Source of the DNA: Albugo candida
Taxonomy: Eukaryota
DNA length: 64,000 bases
Direction: 5' to 3'
NCBI GenBank assembly: GCA_040437565.1
Contig: JBDOQK010000001.1
Coordinates: forward strand, 124,001 to 188,000
The notes under the pieces are model-generated. The model was not told where the DNA came from. It did no database searches and saw only the letters and a program-made list of their open reading frames with translations. Positions 22,605 to 33,507 of this stretch are shown here, in pieces (the stretch's first letter is position 1; every line of letters starts with the position of its first letter). Both the position numbers and the translations under genes were made by a program.

Positions 22605-24748
22605 CATTCTTGCACGTTATATTAGTATAATGACAAATGGGAATGGTGTTGTTTTGGCGTTTAATTGCGCTTATCACAAAAGGTGTCGTTATTGAATGGG
22701 AAATAGAAGGGAAAGTTTCATACATTAACAACAGAACTGACATCAGTGAAGATATGAAAAGTTCGTGAAGGTTAAAATAGCGTTCAAGTAACTTAAATGT
22801 ACAAAGTTCCGAATTCAAACTCTCTCCCACTCGCAGAAAGGGAATATCAACAAAAATTGCTGCTTTCAGCGGTTTAAAACGAGACTGAGGTCGTTATTGA
22901 AAAGCCAGTCTGAAAATCGCAGTCAAAAGAAAGTGTCATAGGGTTCACGCAACATAACAGTTTATCAGACGAGCAGATAGAGCACTGAAACGGTGACTTG
23001 TGCTGCTATTGTTACAAGAGGTTGCTAAGTTTGCTGCATTTTCTCTATCAGTCATCATACTTGTTAGGTTACTTTTCTGAAGAATGCTCGTACATAGTCG
23101 CAACGATACTGTCACTCGTGAATTACGAGAGGAATGGTTGACTTTCAATGAGTCGGGCACTGTAAATCCGGAGCGCTATCATTGTGATGAAGTGTTGATC
23201 ATTTGCGGTGAAATTTGTCGATTATCACTTGCTATCCAAATCTACAATGCAAAACTATCAAAGTTCTTGCTTTACCAGCACGAGATACAGCGCCATCAAT
23301 CTTTCAGTAAAAACTGCGCACTGGTAGTATTCACCTACCCGATTTAACAGAACGACTCTACACTTAACCGAGTCTTTCGAGGACTCCTTATACATAGATA
23401 AAGCAGACACGTGTCAGCTCCAATACTAACTACGTAATCTGATCCACGTAATTGCACGTTNNNNNNNNNNNNNNNNNNNNNNNNNNNNNNNNNNNNNNNN
23501 NNNNNNNNNNNNNNNNNNNNNNNNNNNNNNNNNNNNNNNNNNNNNNNNNNNNNNNNNNNNGTGGGGCTGTACCTGTTCCATTGACACGCACCAAGCAGGG
23601 ATGGATCACTAATCACGCTATGGTTGAACACTGGAGCTTATTTGGCGAGATTTATCTAACAGCTTATGGTCTACGCAAACGACAGCACCATAAAGAGAAG
23701 CGCGTTCCCAGCCAAGTCGATTCATCTCGCGATCTCTTCTTGCGATGGCCTCTTTTGACAATTTTCACAAAGATGTTTCAGCGGTTTTCGAAGAAGCCAG
23801 ATCCGGATGAATCACCAGATATATTGGCGCGACAGTATGGCGGTCGACGAACGTCTGGAATTTACAGCAATATATCGACCGAGTTTTGCTAACATTCTTG
23901 CACGTTATATTAGTATAATGACAAATGGGAATGGTGTTGTTTTGGCGTTTAATTGCGCTTATCACAAAAGGTGTCGTTATTGAATGGGAAATAGAAGGGA
24001 AAGTTTCATACATTAACAACAGAACTGACATCAGTGAAGATATGAAAAGTTCGTGAAGGTTAAAATAGCGTTCAAGTAACTTAAATGTACAAAGTTCCGA
24101 ATTCAAACTCTCTCCCACTCGCAGAAAGGGAATATCAACAAAAATTGCTGCTTTCAGCGGTTTAAAACGAGACTGAGGTCGTTATTGAAAAGCCAGTCTG
24201 AAAATCGCAGTCAAAAGAAAGTGTCATAGGGTTCACGCAACATAACAGTTTATCAGACGAGCAGATAGAGCACTGAAACGGTGACTTGTGCTGCTATTGT
24301 TACAAGAGGTTGCTAAGTTTGCTGCATTTTCTCTATCAGTCATCATACTTGTTAGGTTACTTTTCTGAAGAATGCTCGTACATAGTCGCAACGATACTGT
24401 CACTCGTGAATTACGAGAGGAATGGTTGACTTTCAATGAGTCGGGCACTGTAAATCCGGAGCGCTATCATTGTGATGAAGTGTTGATCATTTGCGGTGAA
24501 ATTTGTCGATTATCACTTGCTATCCAAATCTACAATGCAAAACTATCAAAGTTCTTGCTTTACCAGCACGAGATACAGCGCCATCAATCTTTCAGTAAAA
24601 ACTGCGCACTGGTAGTATTCACCTACCCGATTTAACAGAACGACTCTACACTTAACCGAGTCTTTCGAGGACTCCTTATACATAGATAAAGCAGACACGT
24701 GTCAGCTCCAATACTAACTACGTAATCTGATCCACGTAATTGCACGTT
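22273..24748. repeat. Direct duplication 22273-23460 = 23561-24748 across an N-gap (probable assembly artefact)
   Basis: Offset 1288, bounded by gap 23461-23560. Confidence 0.9.
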
Positions 24749-25479
24749 GAGGAGACGTTATTTTGCCTGCTGCTGAGCAAAATACTCTAATCGTTCGCAT
24801 TAGCTGTCGCACTTCCAAATGACTTTGGTCAAATTGTCCTAGATTCTACGCAAGCAACCACTCGCTGCGGCGATCTCAAACTGAAACAATCCAATGACAG
24901 GATGTTCACCGGAATCAGATCTAACACATGCTCTATCGAGTGGCAGTCAATTACATTGCAAGAGAGACTGCCTTATTCTCTCCAGTACTCCGTCAGATGA
25001 GCAGCTGCTACAGCCTTCGCCGACGTTCTATTATAAAAGATGCAGTACCCCACTTTTTACAAACTCATTCTATGTATAGTTGCCATCTGTTACTCGTCGA
25101 TCATTTCTCGCAGCATTTCACTCGTATTCTTTTTCATGCGTGACCCATGTAATCGTTTTGATTGGCTCCAAATCATGTTAAAAGACTGAGACATGCAAAT
25201 CCACTGAACTGCTGCTTTGTCTATGCACGACCCACTCCGGCATTGTTCCCGCATTGTAGACATTCGTGCATTGTGACTGGACGTTCGGAAAGTGCCGTCG
25301 CGTTGCTGTCACCGTACCCTCTTGTGTCATTGGGACTTTGCAATTGTCGCAGTCATTTGTTTTTATACAGAACGAAAAAAGCTCAAGTTAGGATAATCAC
25401 AAATCGTCTTTCTTTATTAGAAGAGCTACAACTTCACATTCATAGAAGAACACTCTTGAGTACTCACCATTAAAAGACA

Positions 25480-27066
25480 ATGGATACGCCCACTAAGGAA
25501 TTTACAAGCGAGCTCCTGTACAGCAAATCCAGATCAACGTCTACGTCGACCGACTACATGGATTCAGTAGGATACGGATTGGAGTGTCCGCACACTTGGT
25601 TGCCCCTTTCCAAGTCGCGATCCAGTTTGGATATTACACACAACAGCACCGACGTTTTTCTATCGCGAAGAAAATCCCTTCAGTCGTTCCCACAGTCAGC
25701 GACACTACTGACTCAAGTACCGAACAATGTATCGTGGTTTCAAGTAAACAGCGTCTCATCGACTGAGTTTACCGGTTTTCAAACGTGGGCGTTCAATTCA
25801 AAGCTGTTGAAAGAATGTATGCATCAATCCGCTCCCAATTTACTGCCTTATCAATCCAAGCTTTCGGACTTGAAAGGTCGGAATGCAGCTTCTCTGACGG
25901 ATTCTTTATCGTGGGAGGAGTTGTGTGACGAGCAAGTGGTCGAAGAGGAAGCAGCAACTTGGAATAAAAATGAGCTTTTATTATCATGTGGACCACAGAA
26001 AAGAACACGTGATCAAATTAGTAGCTCTTCCAAGCTCGGTGATCCGTCTATTATTCGAATTTGCCAAAAGCTTGAGGTCGATCAACAACACATCCAGCAG
26101 GTCGTTGAGATTGTGAATGTGCAAATTGGAACACGTGAGATGAATATGCCTCAATTAGCGTCGCTTTTGGGTGATCAATTATTCCCATTTCTTGGTATTC
26201 TGGCATTTGAGGATCTGGACCTAATGAACGACTATGTCGATCAAGAAGCTTTGGTGAATCTCTTTAGACACATTCAAGGTCGTTATATGGCCGAAAACCC
26301 GTTTCACAACGCATGTCACGCGGCTGATGTGATGCACACTATGTACACGCTTTTAGCATCGACAAATCTTCGGACAAGGATCAGCCCACACATGCATGTG
26401 GCCGCAATATTGGCGTCTGTGATGCACGACATCGAGCATGTGGGGCTAACAAACGACTTTCTCGTAAAAAGCGACCACACAATAGCAAAAAAATACGTCT
26501 CCAAGAGCCCTATGGAAACGATGCACGCCAACCTCGCGAATTCCTTACTGCGTGATGAAAAGTTCCCATTATTGGATCGATTTTCAATCAATCAGCGTGA
26601 AGAAATTATCCAAGCGGTCGAAGAGACCATTCTGTCAACAGCACTTTGCTCGCAGCAGGAGATGTTAAAACAGGTGCGCGAAATGGATTTCAGTAGCAGA
26701 AATGCAAATCCGCTTGCTTTCAAATCGCAATTATGTTTACTTCGGCTTGTTCTTCATGTTAGCGATATTGGACAGACCATGAAACCATTTGCAATTCACC
26801 GAATGTGGTCTGAGCGATTGAATGAGGAGAATTTTCTACAAGGCGATATGGACAGAAAACTACGCCTTAGTATCACATCTACATGCTGTGATCGTAGAAG
26901 ATGGGATCATAAACAATTTTGTGACTCGCAAATCGATTTTTTGCATGCATTCGCTTTGCCGGCTATTCAGACACTTGATGACATCCCGTGGATGCATGTA
27001 GACGCATACGTCAGAGGAATCAAAGAGAATATTGCGCAATGGAGGCGCTGCAGTATTGAATGCTAG
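25480..27066 (+). CDS. Class I 3',5'-cyclic nucleotide phosphodiesterase
   Basis: PFHNACHAADV, HDIEHVGLTN, SDI, EENFLQGD and SQIDF motifs; 528-aa intronless ORF. Confidence 0.92.
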   Translation: MDTPTKEFTSELLYSKSRSTSTSTDYMDSVGYGLECPHTWLPLSKSRSSLDITHNSTDVFLSRRKSLQSFPQSATLLTQVPNNVSWFQVNSVSSTEFTGFQTWAFNSKLLKECMHQSAPNLLPYQSKLSDLKGRNAASLTDSLSWEELCDEQVVEEEAATWNKNELLLSCGPQKRTRDQISSSSKLGDPSIIRICQKLEVDQQHIQQVVEIVNVQIGTREMNMPQLASLLGDQLFPFLGILAFEDLDLMNDYVDQEALVNLFRHIQGRYMAENPFHNACHAADVMHTMYTLLASTNLRTRISPHMHVAAILASVMHDIEHVGLTNDFLVKSDHTIAKKYVSKSPMETMHANLANSLLRDEKFPLLDRFSINQREEIIQAVEETILSTALCSQQEMLKQVREMDFSSRNANPLAFKSQLCLLRLVLHVSDIGQTMKPFAIHRMWSERLNEENFLQGDMDRKLRLSITSTCCDRRRWDHKQFCDSQIDFLHAFALPAIQTLDDIPWMHVDAYVRGIKENIAQWRRCSIEC

Positions 27067-27200
27067 CGAGAAATAGTTTATAATAATAAATGAATGACGA
27101 AATGTCGTTGATGTCTCCGTGAATGACCCAAATAATAGCCGGTGGAGAAGACCGTTAATCGGCAGATTTGTTCTTTTTTTCCGATACGTTCTCTCTCACA

Positions 27201-28631
27201 ATGTCGGAAGATGAAGACACGAGTGAGAAGTTTGTGTATGTGGCGACTCAATCGAACAGCTGTTCCTCGTTGGAAAGTCTCCAAAGTGCTTCGTCAGAGT
27301 GCTGTTCGGACAACAACGAATTGGAACGAGCGTCAGCGTCTACTGGAAGCGACGATGATGAAGCTGAAATGGTTGAAGGATTCCAGGGGATGCGTGTCGA
27401 AGAGACCACGGAAATGAACCTTGCGTTCGTGAGGATAGATTATGATGACAATAAGACGATACAAGATCTGAATTCGATGAAAATCGGGGATAGCCAGGAA
27501 GCCGGTCCTGAATGTCCAGTATGCTTGCGAAGCTTCAGCAGCATATTGGCATTCTCGAATCACGCTGAGAATAATAGACCTTGTTTCGTATCTCAATTGG
27601 AGAGTGCATTTTCTTGTGTAGAGTGTGAAGAGAGATTTCTTCGTCTTGGAGATTGGGTATTACACATGAATGAAGACCATGGGAGGGTACAACGAGCCGA
27701 TCAGAATTATCAATCCAAACGATATTTGTGCTTGGAATGCGGTTTTGTTGGCGAGTCGCAAGCTTTGAAAAGTCAACACGTGCGTACAACGGGTCATAAA
27801 AGATTTGACACGGGTCCATATCGATGCTCTGATTGTGAAAAAGAATTTCAATCGGTGGAAGGTTTGTTGTCTCATATGCGCGCCAAAAACCATAAATGGA
27901 GACTTTCACAAAACCAATCGAGAGAATGCCGTCTTTGTGGGAAAAAATTCAAATCTGTATCTGCGTTGGACAACCATTCNNNNNNNNNNNNNNNNNNNNN
28001 NNNNNNNNNNNNNNNNNNNNNNNNNNNNNNNNNNNNNNNNNNNNNNNNNNNNNNNNNNNNNNNNNNNNNNNNNNNNNNNTTGGAATGCGGTTTTGTTGGC
28101 GAGTCGCAAGCTTTGAAAAGTCAACACGTGCGTACAACGGGTCATAAAAGATTTGACACGGGTCCATATCGATGCTCTGATTGTGAAAAAGAATTTCAAT
28201 CGGTGGAAGGTTTGTTGTCTCATATGCGCGCCAAAAACCATAAATGGAGACTTTCACAAAACCAATCGAGAGAATGCCGTCTTTGTGGGAAAAAATTCAA
28301 ATCTGTATCTGCGTTGGACAACCATTCTACATCGAAACATGGGGCGAAGCTACCGGCAGCAGGCGAGAAAGAATGGATCTGTTCTGTTTGCGGACGCGCT
28401 GATTTCGCCACAGAGAAAGCATTGCAAGCTCATATGAGCAATCCTGGTAAGCAGCACACAATTCGAGAAAATCCATGTTCATGTCCGCCGAATAAATTGC
28501 GTGTGGTGCGAGCACATCGTACCTCGGACGGATTCATCTACAAAGCGATCATCAAATGCTCCAGATGTCATCGATTCCCAGTGACTATCCCGTTGCCAGC
28601 AGATCGAGCAATGGCTGTTCGAGATGCGTAA
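27201..28631 (+). CDS. C2H2 zinc-finger protein (about 360 aa once the artefactual 348-nt insert is removed)
   Basis: Acidic N-terminus followed by multiple C-x2-C-x12-H fingers. Fingers are duplicated in frame across gap 27980-28079. Confidence 0.85.
   Translation: MSEDEDTSEKFVYVATQSNSCSSLESLQSASSECCSDNNELERASASTGSDDDEAEMVEGFQGMRVEETTEMNLAFVRIDYDDNKTIQDLNSMKIGDSQEAGPECPVCLRSFSSILAFSNHAENNRPCFVSQLESAFSCVECEERFLRLGDWVLHMNEDHGRVQRADQNYQSKRYLCLECGFVGESQALKSQHVRTTGHKRFDTGPYRCSDCEKEFQSVEGLLSHMRAKNHKWRLSQNQSRECRLCGKKFKSVSALDNHXXXXXXXXXXXXXXXXXXXXXXXXXXXXXXXXXXLECGFVGESQALKSQHVRTTGHKRFDTGPYRCSDCEKEFQSVEGLLSHMRAKNHKWRLSQNQSRECRLCGKKFKSVSALDNHSTSKHGAKLPAAGEKEWICSVCGRADFATEKALQAHMSNPGKQHTIRENPCSCPPNKLRVVRAHRTSDGFIYKAIIKCSRCHRFPVTIPLPADRAMAVRDA
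27732..28327. repeat. Direct duplication 27732-27979 = 28080-28327 across an N-gap (probable assembly artefact)
   Basis: Offset 348, a multiple of 3, so the reading frame is preserved. Confidence 0.88.
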
Positions 28632-28715
28632 AGTAAAGTTTAATGAATTGTTGTGCTTCTGATGCGTCCATAAATAAGGTCGACTGCTTTTGCTGGAAAT
28701 GTTTCAGTATTTGTT

Positions 28716-31700
28716 TCAGGATCTTGTCCTTACATGCAGCGTTTCCACACATCGATCACATATTCGACAGGCTTTCTTCGTCGTGCTGCGAGACAAATTC
28801 CATTTTTGGCGCGAGCAGTGACCACACACGAGCGAGCCGCAAAGCCTAAAACGACGGAATTGAGAACCAGAATTTTATCAACATGCGAGCACATACCGAC
28901 AATGGTGTCGTGGACGGTAGACCGCAAAAGTGTGATAGCAAATTGTGCACACATTGGAAGCTCTATCGTACATAAAGATGGGAGCAAGGGAAGAGTTGAT
29001 GACGCTCTGCCGTCGCAATGCAAGCACATTGTTGATCGGATCTGGACTTGCGTAATTTCCGATACAATGCATGAGCGTTCGGACCCATTCGTCTCGTGTG
29101 GACAGCGATTCCGTTTCAAAAATGAGTATTTGAGTCTTTTCTCCTTCCACTGTACATACGTGAGTGCTGAATAGCTCATCCTTCTCGAGAGCAAATACTT
29201 CACATGTTGCAATTGGAAAAACTTGTTCTGGTTTTGAAGATTTGAATGTGCTGGAAAGTGTAAGATTCTTCATAGTTAATGAGATCCAAAATCGATGGCC
29301 TTTGCGATAATTGGGAGCAATCAAAACATTCAGCCAGCCATTTTTGATGACCAAAGTAGTTTCGAGACCGGGTGCTTTCGGTTCGGCTGGATCCAGTAGC
29401 AAGCGCTGTTGCTGATATTCCGAGTTTGACGCTATCCAACGATGAGATACATTCAACCATCCGTCGGCTGCAATGCTTCGATCGATGCAAATTCGGAGAT
29501 ACTCCATCCATCCTTGCTTTTCTTCTTGCGTGGCTGCAAGTAAGATGAACGATTTGATCGGTGAGTAGAAGTAGAAGGCGCTGAAGTGCACATAGAAATA
29601 TCAACTTTGTCAGCGACAAGACCTATGGATGGTGAGGTCGTACTTTGCGAATGCGTTCATATTTCCTCCGCCGGACGCATTGATGATCTGTGGTGTCGCG
29701 TCTGTCTGATTGGATACTTTGCACTCCCATAAGTCCACCATTTGATACTTTTTCTTGTGTATAGACGTCCTTTTACGACCGTAAACGATTGCTAGTAAAC
29801 AATTTGAGTACCACTCATGCAATTACAATGAAAACGTACCATCCTCCAGCAAGATGACGTGATATTTCTTGACTCGACTCCGGCCAACTTTGCGTAACAT
29901 ACCATCTTTGACATAAAGCCTTCCTTCCAAATCAAGGCCGCATTGTAATGAAACACTTTCAATCTGCTTTGCGTTATAGCGACTTATGACAGCAGCTTCC
30001 ATTCTCAGTGCCACCTGATCGACATACTCGATAGCCGCTGTTAGCGCTGAGAGATCCAAATGATCTTTTGGTGTGAGAGCCAATAAATTTCGCAGACTTT
30101 TTTGGTATTTTGGGATCTGACGCATCGGCATACTCAGTAATATTCGTAATTGCGATTCTGTTGCCTCCTCGGGTATCTCGTCGAGAAACTCTGCGAAGCC
30201 AGCAGACGTGATCAACGTAAGGGCTGCATCATGACGTTCCGCATATCCAATATATAATTCGAACAGCGGGGTGTATGCGTTGAAAATCGCACCCTATGCA
30301 GCAGATAAATCAGATTAGACGTCCACACAAGTCCGATGTACTTCATACTGGTCGAAACAAACGATCGCTTATTGGCATTGCTCTTGTTTCTGACACATGA
30401 CGCGAGAGATGGTTCAGTAGCTGCTGGTTAAGCGTACAAATATGATTGACACTGCTGAAAAAGACGGCCATTGCAGCATTCAGTAAAGGAGCTTTTCGCA
30501 GTTGCGGATTCCATTCGTAACTGGTAGATGATTCACAATCGTCCTGCTCTACTTCCCGGATCGAGCTCGTACTTTTACATTTCACACGTTCCTGGGGTCG
30601 AACGCATCCAGCGGTTCCATTTAACGAGCCCGATCGTGCCGCTTTTTTCTGCTTGCAAGTCGAGCCAGAACCAGAGAAAAATGGTGTTTTAACTGTAGAA
30701 TGATTCCGATGCTGGAAAATTGTCGATTTGATAAGTTCAAGAGGTTTCGGGCGACAATTTGGAGTCAATGGCGATTGCATGCAAGATTCGTTTTGTATCG
30801 AAGTACTTTTACTGCTTCCTGACTTTTCTATCTGTGAATATATCCTTTCGCCATGAGATGCATATGCGGCACGTTTTGTCTTTTTTTGCCGTTCTTCCCG
30901 AAGGCATTTCTGTGCTTCCAGCTGACGCAGTAATAACGGCTGAACGTAAATGTGTATGCATTCTTCCAAGCATGTAATATACCACTCTTCTGTCCGGATG
31001 ATTTTGGTCAAAATATCAAGTCTCTTTGCCTCAATATGAGAGCAACCTTCGTGGGATGTACATGCGTCTAAATTCTCGTCGGATGGTTTGATGTCGATGC
31101 TTTCGATGTCTCTGTGTTCTTGGTCCGATTCCTTGGAAAATACGGAATCGAAACATGGAGGTGATGAAACGTCAGGAAGAAGAGATACATCGGCGTCTTG
31201 ATGGTCTCTGGCATTTACGACTGATTTGTCGGCAGCATCTTGTATGGCAGTAGTCCATCCACTTTCTTGCTCTGCATCACTTGCACTAAGAATCCATTCA
31301 TCTCCTTCGTAACATATCTGTTCGCTATCACTTCGACAATTTTGATCGCAAATAAAATCGCCATGGAAGCTTTCAGCCTCGCTGTACTGTGTACTTGACG
31401 CGCGATAAGCGTATATATTTTCTTCCGATTCCATGTTATCAGTAATCGAGTCATCAAAGTGTTTTTGCGCGGCTTCGTTATTTGGTTTGATAATCTGGAA
31501 GCCGTGCTGGCTCTCTTGTGTATCTCGATGAATGACAATTGCACCATCTAGATCCAGACTGCACATATATTCTTTGCTAGTCGTACGTGATGCTGATTCA
31601 AGCGTATACTGCTTCAATATGTGTGGTCGTATTTCGAAAAAGAACTCGTTGCAACCATGCTCGCCATATCGACGAAGAATTCCTCGACGCTTGATGATGA

Positions 31701-33507
31701 GAGATTTCCATCTCGTAGCAGCTTTCTTGACAGCTTCTATAGCACGATAGCATTGATTGCACATCCGTTCCTTCGGGTAGTCACGACTCCTCTCGTTTGG
31801 ACTGGCACCGCATTGAATCTTTGCATCAATATCATATGTTGTGTTCAAAGTGATGCAACTGTATTTTGAGCAAGTATCACACACGGTCAGAGCACAACGA
31901 TGGCAACGATGAGACTGAGATTGAATACTGTAAATGTTCTTGCAAAATGTACACGACTTGACTTGTTGATCGGGTAATAACGCAACAGGATCCTGAGAGC
32001 TATCTGCAGTAACCTTTGTCCGTAGCAATCGCGCACCATTAATAGCCCCTTGAAGCTGCTCTGTCCACTCTTTTCGGTGATGAGGGGAGCTGGCAAATAA
32101 TAATAAATTTTTCTGAGAACTCTTTATCGTAAATGCACAACTCTGTTTGCAACCATTTCTTGCCAGAGCATTTGTGGATCCAGCAAATGCAGGCGAAAGC
32201 TCAACATCAACTTGGAGTGTCGGCTGCACAAGCTCCAAAATGCTTCGTACTCGAAGTCCTCCTGTTCCAGCATGATCACTGCAAAGCAAGATATCGTTGA
32301 AAAGATGTACTACAACCTTTTTCGTTTGCTGGTGCTTTGTTGCTTTGACCAAATTCCCTGTTTTGATGAGTTTTCTGTTTGCAGTGATCAAGGATATCTG
32401 ACCCTGAAAGAGCTTCTGTGTAGCAAGAATCATCTCTAAATCGGCTTGTGCTGCAACAGTTGCGTTCATCTTAGTCGTTGCTTCTTCAACACGCTTCACA
32501 GCCTCCGCCAAGAACCATGCGTCTGAATCCTCTGAAGGAGTGTAATCACAGACACGCTGCAACAAGAGTTTGTACCTTGGTATCCTCTGTATAGGCATAA
32601 TCAAAAGACTATCAAAGCTTTGAGACGATCGACTAGCATCTTTGCACTTTTGTAAAAACAAGCTGAATCCGAGCTTCACATCATTTCGATATCGCTGTAG
32701 AAGCTTTGTCACCGTTTCGTAATCTTTTGCATAAGCTGCATGAAACGTAAAAAGCCCCGTAAATCGACAAAACACAGCACCAATCCCCTCACAAGTCAAA
32801 TGCTTCGATGTGGAATGAAGCAATGCAATAGAAGATGGCGCTTGCGTATAGCCCTGAATATTGATCATTTCCTCCAAGTCGTGAAAGAGCTTGCGGTGAA
32901 GTGTAATCAGCTGAGTTAGATGGCTGAAAAACACGGCGATTTGCGCATCTTCCATCACAGGATGTCGCTGCTTGAGCATTGGAACGATGTAAAAGTCGTG
33001 CAACACGCACAAGTCACGTATGTATACTTTCTCGGTCGTAAACAGCTCACGAATGGCATTCCCGCGCTGCCGCTCTTTGAGCGATATTTCGACCCGAACA
33101 CTTTGTAAATGACTATCACTCTGATTGTCCTCTCTTTGAAAAGAATTTGACAAAGTAAAAGAAGGGAATGTTTGAGAGGATATGTGTGGAGAGCCCTGTA
33201 ACTCGTCGATCTCATGTGTCGTCTGATTATCAACCGAAAGGATCGGAAATGAGCGCAGAAAATCGTCCGATTGGTTTCCTTTTGCTTTACGTTCAACTTC
33301 AACTTCAACTTGTTGAGCGCGCGGAAACGTAAGAGTGTTTGTACTTTGGGCATATCTGGGTGTAAGTGAGTGCGATCGGGTTATATTTGTTCTGTAAGGG
33401 CTACGATCTGGACTTGCCAGTAAACCGGAATGATTGTCCGGATTCATTATGGCATCTTTCTGTTTCTGTCGCCATGGAGAAGTAGGCACTCGGAAAGAAC
33501 TAAACAT
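28716..33507 (-). CDS. FGD-like RhoGEF with tandem architecture DH-PH-FYVE-like-PH-DH-PH-PH-FYVE
   Basis: DH1 (ELFTTEKVYI, LIMPIQRIPRYKLLL), PH, Cys-rich finger, PH, DH2 (IIRTEEWYI, LSMPMRQIPKY), PH, PH and a terminal FYVE (RHHCR-LCGSLVCGHCS...CRICDRC). Four introns join ORFs 30343, 29823, 29610, 28878 and a last exon ending TGA 28716. Confidence 0.82.

Noticed and set aside
23452-23892. Second TMEM185-like C-terminus
   Set aside because: Part of a gap-flanking duplication.
26630-26655. PDE ILSTA instead of ILATD as a sign of inactivation
   Set aside because: The principal metal ligands (HxxxH, HD, SD) and the invariant Gln are retained, so one change is not enough to call it a pseudoenzyme.
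27732-28327. Zinc-finger array expansion
   Set aside because: The repeated fingers are nucleotide-identical and straddle the N-gap.
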